A DNA stretch of 64,000 nucleotides. It comes from Dicyema japonicum. Lineage: Eukaryota; Animalia; Dicyemida. The translations under genes were made by a program, and so were the position numbers. The stretch's first letter is position 1, and each line of letters begins with the position of its first letter. Below, piece by piece: positions 11,050 through 23,689 of this stretch. A model generated the notes under the pieces. That model did not search any database, had not been told where the DNA came from, and saw only the letters and a list, made by a program, of their open reading frames with translations. Where the stretch lies: assembly GCA_011109175.1 (NCBI GenBank), contig RDEW01000022.1, positions 353,834 through 417,833 of the forward strand, given 5' to 3'.

Positions 11050-12180
11050 CAACTCTCATTTGTTGTCTTCTTAGTCCGTTGTTCATCCTTTAAGGAAGAA
11101 GAACTGAATTAACATCGTGTTGGTACCAGCTCCCCCGTCTAGGAATCAGGAATTCAAGAAGATTTGTTTTGTGACAATTCTTGCCAAAAGTAACCAATCC
11201 ATCAATCTGCACCCTCTTTTTGAATACTTGAAAAGTTCTCAGCATTTGTCCAGTAGACTGATGATTCCCACAATGTCGTAAAATACATGACTCGAATACT
11301 GCTTGGATGGGTGGCTTCCTATCTTCCATAGCCCTGAGAGGCATTTCAGTACATTGATTTTCTTTTCATAACTACCAGAACACTTTCAACGTGTGAGGAA
11401 AAGCACACGTGGACGTCAAATGTTATCCTCATGATTTTCGAGATTTGTTGTATATGATTTCGGAATTTCGATCACCAATTCAACTATTTTAAAGAAAATC
11501 ATTTATTTTAGCCAATTATGCTGATCACGTGGGACTAATTGTAATCAATTTGTGCAGCAATAAAATTTTTTCATTTTTCTCTTGGCAATTCAACTTAACA
11601 TTGCATATAGTTTAATTTTTATATAAATTTGTAGGTTTTGCCAGATTATTAAGGGTTACTACGGTAACCATCGCCTACTCACTAATTTTCAACATATGTT
11701 GGGTAATTTAACACAATTGGAGTTATTTCGGCTTCTTGCATATCACATACTGCGTCATTCTGGAATATTCAATATCTAGTCGTTATTAATCCGCCGATCC
11801 TTTTATGTTGCTTATCGTTGTACATGTGAATATTTCATCTCATTTTCTTGTCTATTTCTGTTTTTCGCTTTTGTTCGTGAAATTTTTAATTTTTCGAATT
11901 GTGTTTGAAATATTTGAGAGCATTAATGCTCATTTATATTTGTGGTAATCTCTGTTATCCCACTTGTATGGACGTTATATTGTTTCTTCCTTGTTTATTA
12001 TATATGGAATTCAATATATTTTTTGGAGAATATTATTTTATTTTTTGATGTAAATTAAATTTTATTAATTCCACCATCGCTGCAAAACTAGAGACAAACA
12101 AGAAACATACCTCCAAGTCAGGTCGCGGAGATCTTCCACCTCCTAGTAGTGTCGGTACAAACAAATATTTAAGTTCAGTT
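11050..12180 (-). mobile_element. Very old RTE-like LINE remnants
   Basis: Interrupted motifs 'LKYL', 'ENEMKYSHVQR*AT*KDRRINND', 'HMLKISE' and 'VFYDIVGIISLLDK' resemble the RTE C-terminus. Confidence 0.35.
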
Positions 12181-13860
12181 TTTCGTGGAAATTAGTATTT
12201 TTAATCTGAAATATTTATGACAAAACTTAACGTAAATTAAGTTTTGGTTGATAGAAGACCGGCTATTCTGAAGTCTTTATTCCAATAAATCGAATTTGTA
12301 TTATCCGTTTTTTATTTCTTCTACATAAGTCACTACGGTTGCATCAAAGATACTTGATCAGATTTTGAACACTTTTCTTATTTTAATGTGTGATTTGAGA
12401 ACTTGTGAGTTTGTGATTTGAAAAATGTCCTTGTGTTAATAAATGAGTCTTTATTTTTGTTTTTGTTAATATGTAGAATGATTAAGTATACATGAATCCA
12501 CGTCTATATAGGACATACACCCAACAAAAAGAAAACAAAAAAAGTGAAGAGCATTCTTTGATTCCCCCTCATCGATTAGTTATGATAACCGTTTTTTGCT
12601 CAAAATAAAGTGCGTGTTCTGCCTGAGGGGAACGATAGCTGATATAACTTCTCGGAAAGTGTATTTTTTATATAACCCAAGAAGCATCGAGAAATTTGGT
12701 AACCAAACTAATTAGGTGACCCTGGGTCCAATTATTTTTGATTTTCCATTTTAGTCTGGAAAAGGACCTTTATCTGAAATCTTTTCTCTAATGATGTAAA
12801 AACTAACTTTATATAATTGTTTGCAAAAAGGTAGCAAAAAATTGTTAAATAATGAAAAGTTATATTTAATACTCCAAGTGGAGATAACTATTATTAGCAC
12901 AAATAATCCAAATATAATCCTGTACCTGCTGTTTCGAAAAATCAAATTTCCATTAAAGCACTTGAATTTGAATCCAAAGTTCAATTGTAAGTCGCGCACG
13001 TGATACAATAATGAGTTATTCTATATTAATTTGTAGTCTAATTAAATATATTAAATAATATTAAAATTAATTTAAATTAGTAAAAAGCATGCTTCTATGT
13101 TGTGTGATGAATGTTATCCTGCTTATATGATTTGTGATTATTGCAGGGGCCATCTGACAATAATAAACTTTATGCTTTTATCATAACTAGAAATATAGAG
13201 GAAGACATAGAATAACTTTTCGCCTACCATCCATGTCTGCAGTGTTCGCTAACCAGACAGATTGAGCTTATTATCTACGTAAGACTTATGTTGGCATGTG
13301 AAGAGAATTAATGACTGTCATATTGGTCAAATTAAAACTCTGGATTATCGAAGCAACTCGGACTATGAGTACATCAAAAGGAATCTTACAAAGATTGTGA
13401 CAAAGACAGAAAGAAGTCAACTGCGGTGTTGAAGTCACTTCTACGTTTTCATCCATTTCCTGAGGTTTTTCTGTATGCATATTTAGAGAGTATTGCGCCA
13501 CTCTTAATTTATTGTTTTCAATGATCAAGGCATCGAGAGGAATCTATAAGATATGCTATCAAGAGATACGATGTCTCATATAAATTGACCCATTATCTTT
13601 AGTTAAAATTGATAATAAATTTCATGGTTTTTTGGTTCTTTGAGTTTGATGAGTAATGAAGAATTCTCTGTTTTCTCAGCCACGTTTGTCTTTATGTTTG
13701 ATGAATTATTCAAAAGATCAAGAGTAAAATTTATCTTGTCTGAACATCGTGTCCATAATATCCACCATTGTAAGAACCCCTCCAATTAAGTAGGGAAGTG
13801 ACAGATCAGTGTCAAACACGCGGTCTTCGACATTCATAGGTTCGGCCTGCATGCGGACCT

Positions 13861-15922
13861 TATTTATTTAACACCCAAGACCACGGTAAAACCAAAACTA
13901 ACTATCACGTGATCCCAATGCGTTCCGCCAAAATCCTCATTCTTTCCCGATGCTCTTCCCTCGTACCCACACAAACTCTTACTGGGCGGCTGACTGTATT
14001 TGCAGGGCCACCTTCCCGCATGCCGGAGTTTTGTTTAATGAGGGCCTCCAGAGTAGTCGGTCCGGTTCTGTGTCTCCCACAAGACCACCGCTCCGTCATT
14101 CTGAAAGCTTTCTTTTGCACCGTCTGGGAGAAGACGCGAGACTGATTTCAGTCCTCCGAGGCATACACGTCCCCTCCGTCCACTTAAGAAATTTGTTATC
14201 CAAAGTTTAAGCTTCCCCGGGATCTCGGACAGGAAAATTTTCTTTGATAATATTTTTATCGAAATATAATCAAAGGCCTTGTTAATATCAATGAAGATAA
14301 GACTGTTTTCAAATGCCTTGGTTTGTTTGAAAATCCATCTCTAATGAAGTTGGTTAATTTCAGTAGGTACGTTGATGTAGAACAATCGCTCTTGAATAAG
14401 TGTTGAAAATCCTTTTCTGGTAAGAAAGCCTAGATTCTACCCAGCACAAGCCTCTCCAGGATTTTCGATATGGAACATAGCAATGACACAGGTCTAAGTG
14501 ATGCCGGATCTTCCTTAGGTTTTCCAGGTTTCAGTATAGGTCGGATGTTGGCTTGCTTCCATAACAACGGTATTACATTACAATTAATGAGTAGTTGAAA
14601 ATCGACGTTAGAAAACTACTCTCATATCTCCAAGGTTCTTCAATAACCCTACTGGAATGTTGTCGGCACCGGCAGAGTACGCTGTTTTTGTAAACGCAGC
14701 GCATTCTTCACGTATTCATCCGAGAAGTAAACTGGGTTAGAATACTTTTTCAGATTTATGAGTAAAAAAAGAAGCACATCCGACTTCCTGAGTTCTTTGT
14801 ACGAAATTTTAGTGTAGAATTTTATCAACTTGTTACGTCTCGTTGAGTATAGTCATCCTTGGGGGAAGTTTTTACGCCCTATGCAACATTTCTAATGGCT
14901 TTACACACTTCTCCGGTAGTACGGTTGCGATTTACCTATGTAAAAATCCAATTCCATTTATATTTCTGGACCTAGAATTCTCTGACCTTATTTCGTTGTT
15001 TAAAGCTCTGATCCAGATATTCGTTTCTTATGTGATCGATTTAGAATTTTCGAGGTGAATTCTTTCTTTGATCAATGACGACTTCCCTAGACCATTAGAG
15101 AATTTAGGCGATTTTTGGGAAAAGCCAATGATCTTGCTTTTAGGACAATGCAAGTAAAATATTTGATTGCTTCTTCTAGCGATTTGAAGCTGACCAAGTA
15201 ACAATTCATCAGTCTATCATCAGAGATTGCGCGATGCAATTCCCAATTAGCAGCTTTGTAGTTATAACTAGCAGGTGTTCTCCTCACTCTGACTTCTCTC
15301 ATGACCTTCATCACAATTGGATTATGGTCGCTTCTTGTATCGTATAGGACTGACCATCTGTTCAGGATTCTCGACCCCGCCGGACTCGTCCTCACCTTTA
15401 TCGGTCTGGGATCACTTAGTTAGATGAGAACTTTTATTTCTTTCTCTTTGACCCAGTGATCCTGGGGTAATAATAATAATAATGAAAGCGACGATGAACA
15501 GAGTGCTACATCCGGTGAGGTTTGAATAGAGTAATTAGTCCACCCCTTCTTCTCTTTTTACGGTCCATCCTGATAGCCTCGTATCCAGGGAATGAAGGAG
15601 TGGAATCATTCATGCGGAGTTTATTTTCTTGAATCATGGCCACGTCGATCTTCTGAATTGCCATGGTTGAGCGGAGATCCCTGACCTTGTTTTTAATTCC
15701 GTCGATGTTCAATTGGTAAGCAGTAAATTTCCTTTCTCCACAGTGGGCGTAGGGTCTTCACCGGCAATGTTAGGACTTTTTTGAAGCACATCGCAGGGGG
15801 TCGATAATGACCCCGGGAGGAAGAGGTCTAATGGTTTTTTTCCGAAGGGCATTAGATGCCCTCTGGGCGTTACCAAATCCCTTTGAATTTTTTGAATTAG
15901 TGGACCACATAACGCCACGCTA
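13861..15922 (-). mobile_element. Ingi/Vingi-like single-ORF LINE with both ends and internal deletions
   Basis: 5' leader at 15832-15916; APE start 'MNIDGIKNK...DVAMIQE'; 'SDHNPI...YNYKAANW'; RT 'LWKQANIRPILKPGKPKEDPASLRPVSLLCSISKILERLV'; C-terminus '...RMRILAERIGIT*'; tail TTAAATAAATA. Confidence 0.9.
15358..15483 (+). mobile_element. Short 3'-end copy of the 63 kb LINE family, inserted antisense into the APE region of another LINE
   Basis: About 125 nt matching 63019-63144 (reverse complement) with 2 substitutions and 1 indel; ends in (TAA)5. Confidence 0.9.
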
Positions 15923-16039
15923 GCATAAGTGAGAATCCGATTTACTGGCTATAAAACACAAAAAATTATTTTGTTATTTTTTAAATTTAATTAATTTTTT
16001 TAATAGTATTTGTAAATCTTATTTGTCAATATCACGAGC

Positions 16040-16490
16040 CATTTCTAGAACTATAAAACGATGTTTGAACAATAAACGGAGAGATTTTCAAGATAAATGG
16101 AAACTTGTCTATTTTTTAACAACAGTTGATGGAAAATATATTGTTTGATGTGTAACAAGTTTATCTCTATACCGAAAGAATACAACTTAACTTACCAATC
16201 TAATCATGAAATTATTTCTAAGGTATTAAGTTGCTTATTAACCAAGAAGGTCCAATGCGTATTTCAAAGCTAAATTATTTGCGAAATAAATTTAACTGCT
16301 TTACAGGCTCATTTCACAAAAATCACAATTGAAGTAATGCATCATTTATGCAGGCTGTGAAATCAGCAGAATGCTTGCAATGAATGGAGATTCATATTGC
16401 GATGATGATTTCATCAAGACAACGCCCACTTGTTTAAAGATATTTCATTAACCAGAAACACTGTTGCCGGACACATTAATGAAATGTCTT
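16040..16490 (+). mobile_element. hAT transposase 5' fragment (GTF2IRD2/SPIN-like)
   Basis: 'RDFQDKWKLVYF..TVDGKYICLMCNKFISIPKEYNL' and 'RNTVAGHINEMS' across frameshifts. Confidence 0.65.
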
Positions 16491-16651
16491 TAAATTTGAA
16501 ACACCAATTAAAGCCTATATTTTCGGTGCCTCGGAAGATTTTCGGGAAATTTATCATGCAAAGCATTTTTTAAAGTTTGATATTCAACGCTATCTTTCAC
16601 AAAACCCTTGTAAGAAGCCATTGCAACAAAATAATCTTCCATGCTATAAAT

Positions 16652-19113
16652 CAGGGGTTCTAAACCTTTTTTTACTTGTCGACCCCTTAAAACTTTTTTA
16701 TTTAGAACAAACAATTCTAAGTAAAATTAGTTAACTATGTAAAATGAATTCATTGTTAATAATAAAATCAAACAAAAAAAGTATATACTCGATGTTAAGT
16801 TGGTATCTTAGCATAAATCTATAATAAAAAAAGAATTAAATACCAATGGGATCCCTGTGACTGATGTTTTTAGACCAAAGATTCGATATCTGGCTCTATT
16901 TGTGTTATTTTTAAACGAATATCTCCTCTAATGGACAATTCCAATCTGCTTCGTTCTTTATTTACAATTCGATGTAAAATGCTAAATCCGCATTCAAGAC
17001 AGTATGATGTCGGAAAATAGATTAGCACTTGTGCTATTTCTGTTCACAATTTTGAATAACTCTCACTTTCATATTTTGCCAAAAAATAACAGGTGATTGT
17101 GAATCATTATAACAATTTTAATTCTGGATTGAATTTTAACATAATTAGTTCCTCTTTAATATTTTCTTTTTGTTCTTCTGGCTTTGACAAAAACGGATTA
17201 ATCATCCAAGATGGAATTTCTAATTCAAGAATATCTTGGAATCGAAGAATCAAATCTTTTTCTATACTTAATAAGTGTTGCAAAAAGTTGTTAATATCTT
17301 CATTAAATGTTTGACCAATTGAGTGGAATGTTATAATAATTTCTTTTTTCCAAGTTATTCATTAAATGTTTTACCAATTTAGTAGAATGTTATAATAATT
17401 TCTTTTTTCCATGTAACTTAATTTTTTCGATAAATATTTGAATAATTCTTTTACGATCTATTTACGTCACATACCTTCCCTGAAGTTCTAATGAAATTTC
17501 ATTAAATTTTCCAAAAATCCAAGTCAAATAAACAATTTCTTTTTTTTCGAAACAATTAAATCTGCTAAATTTTTATCACCCTCAGAAGTAAGAAAATTAC
17601 GATTGTGTCATATAATATTGAAAATTGTTCTAATGCATTTCCCTTTGATAACCATCGTACCTATAAAATAAAATTGGAATCTATAACCTCAGTGTGAAGC
17701 ACAAGACGGGCATATGTTTCTTTAGCCTCATAGCAAAATTTTCTAAAAAGACAATCATACTTGCTTTAATTTTGTTAATGGTTTTAATAACTATATTTAT
17801 CGTTTCATGTAGAATTGTCGAAAGTTTTTGAAACCAAATGTTGTCTATGTAGAACGCAATGTATATGAATCACATTTGGACATATTTTTTTCAGATATGC
17901 CGCAAATCCTTTATTTTTTCCAACCATAGACATTGCACCATCTGTGCACAAGAAACCAAATTTTCATATGGAATCTTCTTGTCATCCAAAAATAATTTAT
18001 TTAATAACCCCGAAAAGGGAACACCAAGAAAGAAGGAGTAAACCAACTAATTAAGTGATCCCGGTACGCCTCAACAGGATCGAGAGGGTTTTCTTATGTT
18101 CCTCCAGAATACCACGGCTTTCTTGAATAGACGACGATCATCCTTCATTAGAGTTTGAAGAGGGGTGGGTTTTTTAAAAAAAGTAATTTGACAGCGGAAA
18201 AAATAAAAAATCCAGTCGTATCAGTTTCCAAATATTTGACGAATAATAAATCTTCAGTAAGAAGAGCATGATCGTCAAAATATCTTAAAGGGTAAGCTTC
18301 TAATAAGATTAACCTGACAAATCCCATTAGAATTGATTGGTTGTCACATATATGACTTTCATCAATTTGAAGCAAAAAAATAGTATTTTTAAGCCTTTCA
18401 CATAAAATATGTTCAACATTATCTGACATTTCGTCAATCCTACGTCGAATTGAATCATTGCTAATTGGTACGGATTTTAAAATTTCGTCGGGATTTAAAC
18501 CTATCAGATCTGATAGAATCACTGATATAGATGGTTTGATGAAATTTTCACCAGAAACGTGGGAACTCTCATTTTGGCAATAATCATTGCAATTTTATAG
18601 GATGCAATTAGTCCTCCTAAATATAATTTAAAATAACAACAACTATTGTTTCTTTCATTACTTTTTGTAAAAACAGTGTCAATAGTTTTTTGTTTACGAA
18701 AAGAATCATTTAATTCTTCAAAATACTTTAATGGTTTATCTTTTTATCCGAATGTTTCCTCCTTAGATGATCCAACAATTTGGACGGTTTCATTGCATCA
18801 TTTGATAATGACTTGTTACACAGTAAGCAATATGGTCTATCATCAAAAGAATTTTTTATAAATCCGAATGCCAAATATTCATTTTTATATTGACGAATTT
18901 TTAATTTAGAAGGATGACTCATACACGAACAAAAACAAGCATGGTAATTTTAAAAATTTTAAAGAACAAAGGTTTACCACTTTAAAAATAAACTAACTTA
19001 ATTCAAAATGAAAAAAATTAAATATATTAAATTTATTTTCGACCCCCTTACGATCGATCTGGATTGATTTTAGACCCCTGGGGGTCGAATCGACCCCAGG
19101 TTGAGAACCGCTG
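16652..19113 (-). mobile_element. Complete-ended hAT (Buster/ZBED5-like) transposon with decayed transposase
   Basis: TIRs CAGGGGTTCTAAACC / CAGCGGTTCTCAACC; perfect 8-bp TSD CTATAAAT (16644-16651, 19114-19121); 'RQYKNEYLAFGF...PYCLLCNKSLSNDAMKPSKLLDHL' and 'PISNDSIRRRIDEMS...LQIDES'. Confidence 0.95.
18000..18180 (-). mobile_element. SINE family S1 copy inserted in the hAT transposase
   Basis: Matches 7468-7600 and 61045-61230. Transposase reading (IFSAVKL|FLDDKKIP) resumes across it, with an imperfect AAATTA(C/T)TTTT duplication. Confidence 0.85.
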
Positions 19114-19603
19114 CTATAAATCACGCTAGAAATCTAGGTTTACCGCTATAAAAAAATAAAATCTTTATAATCATAACATTTATGAATAAAAAACTAATTT
19201 AACAGGATTAAATTACGATATAAATCGGATATACAAAATTAAATGTCGGATAATCAAAAGACCTTTTCAAGGTGGAAAAAATGTAACAGGCTGCCCATGC
19301 GTTACGCGCCGCCCATGTGACATATTAACGTATCGACTCCATATCTCCTACCAGCATTATCAGTAGGGCAGTTTAAAGTCACTATCCATTACAGAAAAGT
19401 CAGAATAGATTAAAGTTAGAAATATTAAAGGCTTCCCTACTGGTTTACGTTCCGTGTTCAGAAACAAAAAAATCTTTGTTTTTCTTTAAAAACCTTATAC
19501 GTCTGGGCTCATTAAGAAACCATGATATTCATGAAACGAGTAGTCCCTAAGGATAAACAATTAAATTAAATGAGAACAATTAATACGTCAATGTTAGAAT
19601 AAA

Positions 19604-21113
19604 TTATGGAGATTTATCGTTAGTTTCCTTTTTCTGCATAGCCCATGGTTGGATATCCCCCTTTGCAAATAAAGTGAAGATAATAAATCCGACGAGTTCA
19701 ACTCCGATCATGATGGCAAAGACGATTTGCCATTCGTGCGGGTTATTCTTAAATGGAACAAATTTTTTACATTTTCTGAAACTATGGCATAGGTTATTTG
19801 AATGGCGATTAGACCGGCTATAGAACCCATGGTATTAGCTACCCCTGAAATGATTCCGTAAAATTGAGGGGCAATATCTCCGATGTTTGGCATTGTGATT
19901 GAAATTTGAACTCCTGAGAAATAACAAGCAATGAGAATCAAAATAACACCTCCGTATAAATTTGATTTTGTAATTAACGTGGATAACATCATAAAAATTC
20001 CAACAGGGAGCAAAGCTTAAGTCAATAAAATATCTCACAAAAAATATTGAAAACTTTTCGCATTCTTATTTTTGAAATTATATTTTTTCTCTGAATAAAG
20101 TCCGCCAATATGCTAAAACTCAGTCCACCAGCCCACGTGAGAATAGGGGTCAAGAAAGTAATATATACTTGCTAAAATATAAGATAATCCTCAACATCTT
20201 TAATTTCCACAGAATAAAGGTCCTTCATTAATGAAGGAATTATTGTGACTATCAAAAAGAGACTCCACGTTGATGAGAAATGACATATAACGACAGCCCA
20301 AAATGGTAACGATTTTAGCATTTTCTTTATAGGAAATTTCTAAAGTTTAATTGTTGGACACCTTAAAGTTGGAGACTTGTTCTCTATCCACGCTTTGAGA
20401 GAGATACTCTTTCTCTTCTTTCGTGATCCATCGATTGTCCTTTGGATCATCAGTGGTGAAAATAATCCAAAAAATCATCCATAAAACCCCAAATAATCCT
20501 AAAACTTTGGTTATTAATTACCAAAAATATAAAATGTGTATCTCCAAAGTGTTTTGTCATATGCCATTGCTGAAGTAATAATAAGAGATAAAAGTGTTCC
20601 AAAAAAAGTTCCAGGAAAAATAAGGCCCATTGCACTTGTCCTAAAATTTGGTGGAAACCAGTTAGCAATCATTACGGAAAAACAGGGAACAAAGATACCC
20701 TGACTTGATTACACAAGAAAACCTGAACAATTCCCATAATAATCCGAGTAGCAACAAAAGCGTATGGGGACTTTTCCAAGGCAATCGGAGTTAAAAAACA
20801 GCAAATTGTTGAGATTATTACAGAAAACAGAAAACTCTTTTTTGGACTATATTTCTCAGCCAAGTATCCCCCAGGAACTTGTGTCAATAAGTAACCCACA
20901 TAAAACGACGTGAGAGCAAATGCTTTTTCATATTTGGTCCATTTTATAGGCTAAAATAATTTTTAATAATACATAATCACGATCCTTGTTGATTGAGACG
21001 ATTTGCACGATAATGACGACCGGGGTTTGTCTATGACTGTATAATACTGCCAGGCATACGAATATACCAATTCCAGTTATAGTTCTACCTGTTTTCGCAA
21101 TTTTCTTTTCCAT
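19604..21113 (-). CDS. SLC17-family (sialin/VGLUT-like) MFS anion transporter
   Basis: 'TSFYVGYLLTQVPGGYLAEKYSPK', 'VMIANWFPPNFRTSAMG', 'ITMPNIGDIAPQFYGIISGVANTMGSIAG' and 'EWQIVF...FAKGDIQPWA...SP*', with 22-23 nt introns. Confidence 0.92.
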
Positions 21114-21342
21114 TTGAATTTATTTTAAACTGACTTTTTATTATAAAATAAATATTACTGTTAAACAAATAATTGTTTTTTAGTTTTCACAAATGCCCAA
21201 AGAATTATTTACGATTTCACATTTAAATAGGAACATCAATCTTTAACTTTATTAATAAGTCCTTCTATTTTAATTGTATATTTGTTATAAAATAGAACTT
21301 CATAGTTATGCAAATAAGAACTCATTTGATTGGAATCAATTT

Positions 21343-22480
21343 AGAGCAGGTAATCGCGGAACCAATTGGCCTAATTTATTTTTTGCGGAACCCTTCCATT
21401 TCAATTATTACAATTTCACTTAAAACATAATAGTAATAACCAAAAACAATTTTAATGTGAACATTGAGGTAATTTTTTGTAGTAACATAGTTGTGCAACG
21501 TTAGGAGTTATTGCTGACAACTGTTTTCTCATATCAGCGAAAGCATTAAGTTTATTTCTATATTTTGTTTTGGTAGATGTATATATTGAAAACCCCGACA
21601 GGCATAAGTTAGTCGTTGGAAAAGGTAATAGTTTACGTATAGCCTTTTCTGAGATATATATTTTGAAATGTATGCTCTCCAAAAATTAAGAAGGGATTCA
21701 ATTTTAAATATCTCATTTGACGTTGATTCTGATGTCAATAAAATGTTCATATTCAATTGATGTTAAATTTGCTGGTATTACTTTAACTTTGAATGGATTT
21801 GAAACCAATCGTCATCAAATTTACACAGAAAATACTTCGCAATGTTATCGTCCAAAATCACCAAATGATTTGTGATGTGCTGAAGACCTGTATCGTTTAA
21901 TGCTGATTTTGATTCATCGAGATATTCTTGCAAAACGGCAAAGTATGCAATATTATTTTTATCTGCGGATGATCGCCAAAATTCAATTTTCCGTTTTAGG
22001 CCATTACTTTATCATTCAAAATAAAAACTTATATTTTCCTTGTAGTGATAATGTAAAGTTATTCAGTTTTTCATAAATTGAAACCAAATATGCAAGTCTC
22101 TGTAACCAAAGATTGTTTTCCCAATTTTTGTAAATTGGATAATTTCGTTTCTTGAGAAACCCAGCAAGCTCGTTTCGTAATTCAAACAAACGTTGCAGTA
22201 CCCTTCCACTTGACAACAATCTTACTTCTGTATGGAAAAGTAATGATGTATATTGGATCCCATTTCAACATACAATATTTTAAATAGACGAGATTGGAGA
22301 GGTCTTTTTAACATAATTAATGCTGTAAACCTGTGTAAAGCCATAAATGAATATGCATTGTCTCTACTATATTGGATTGGTTAATATTAAACCAAATGAG
22401 TTTGTAAATATAGCTTATTCGATTGTCCATAAGAATGAGTGTATGCTGTATAGTTTCTGACTGATATGGAATGAAAATTG
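21343..22480 (-). mobile_element. hAT (ZBED5/SCAND3-like) transposon 3' half
   Basis: 'SSGRVLQRLFELRNEL...WLQRLAYLVSIYEKLNNFTLSLQG' and 'AIRKLLPFPTTNLC..GFS...TKTKYRNKLN'. Same family as 39334-39900. Confidence 0.85.
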
Positions 22481-22489
22481 GATATTACG

Positions 22490-23381
22490 CTAAGAAGGAT
22501 GGAATCTTGCGGGTCTTGAAAACAAAGATAACTCATATGAAACGCAACAAAATAAGCCAGACATTTTCGTGCATGACAAAATGAAGAATGAGATTGTGAT
22601 TATAGAAGTTGGAATCAAATCACAAGAAATACTCAAGCATACAGAAATAGAAAAGCTACACAAGTATGACTTGCTCGATGGAGAAATGAGCATGCTATAC
22701 GACGCTCCTGTGAGAATTATTCCTGTGGTTTTGACATGGGATCATCTTTACGTGCTGCAGAAATCATTTGAAAGCTCTGTCGATTGATGTACCAATAAGA
22801 GTTTATATTCAATCGATGGTGTTAAAGAAGACATTAGAAAGTATTATTATCGAGCACAAACATGAAGTCAAGACACCAATTGACGAAATCCTTTACGCGT
22901 CGAGGCGACTGGAAGAGGGGACATAACATTATCAAAGCGGCAGACCCATAGTCCGAGGAGGAAGTGGAAGTCAGGCTGGTGAAGATTCTCGTAAAAGAAG
23001 AAGGATTTATTAGTTTAGTATAATCATAGTTGTTTCACAATATATAAACTTAATGAGGAACTATTATTTAGAACCAATAAATGTTTAGATAAACCTCCAT
23101 TATAACTTTAGAACTCTTAGCCACTTCTATTGAATCTTTAATCTGCAAGAATTGAGGGGCGTCCTCATGCAACTATGAGCATCCAATTCTATGCCCTACA
23201 TGCGGTTGTGTGGTAAGTTGACCACCCTCAAAAATTTAAACCTCCATTATAACTTTAGAACTCTTAGCCACTTCTATTGAATTTTTAATCTGCAAGAATT
23301 GAGGGGCGTCCTCATGCAACTATGAGCATCCAATTCTATGCCCTACATGCGGTTGTGTGGTAAGTTGACCACCCAAAAAAA
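22490..23381 (+). mobile_element. R4/Dong-like RLE retrotransposon 3' end
   Basis: 'NKPDIFVHDKMKNEIVIIEVGI...EIEKLHKYDLL...IIPVVLTWD' (PD-(D/E)xK RLE), then a 3' UTR ending GTTGACCACCC-A7. Confidence 0.85.
23091..23374. repeat. Tandem duplication, 147-bp unit x ~2
   Basis: AAACCTCCATTATAAC...GTTGACCACCC starts at 23091 and 23238; one internal substitution. Confidence 0.95.
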
Positions 23382-23689
23382 TTTTCTTTGTCATTTAATT
23401 AACTCTTCAAACTTATTGAATCGACTTGCAGGATTTTGGTCTATTTATTTAACGAAAAATGGGAAATGACCAGTGTCCTAGTTGCATTCAAATAGGTCAA
23501 CTGACCGTACAAATTGTAAATAGATAGTGGATACAAATTGTTTTTAAAAGTTTTTGTGATAATTTATGTTCTTCATCACTGTTGACACCCTATTTTCCAC
23601 ATATTTGGCGAAAGTTCGTGATCAAGTCACAGGATGTTTAGTATATTATCAGCAGTTATCGCCTAATGGTTATAACAAAACATATGTAT

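Noticed and set aside
12490-13560. Possible genes (ORFs 12751-13008, 12821-13003, 13286-13528)
   Set aside because: Could not build a stop-free spliced model or recognise a family on either strand.
15740-15775. 'NIAGEDPTP' as a degenerate 2A in the 15.9 kb LINE
   Set aside because: Too far from D-[VI]-E-x-N-P-G-P to support.
19140-19560. Small gene downstream of the SLC17 transporter
   Set aside because: All tested intron combinations hit stops.
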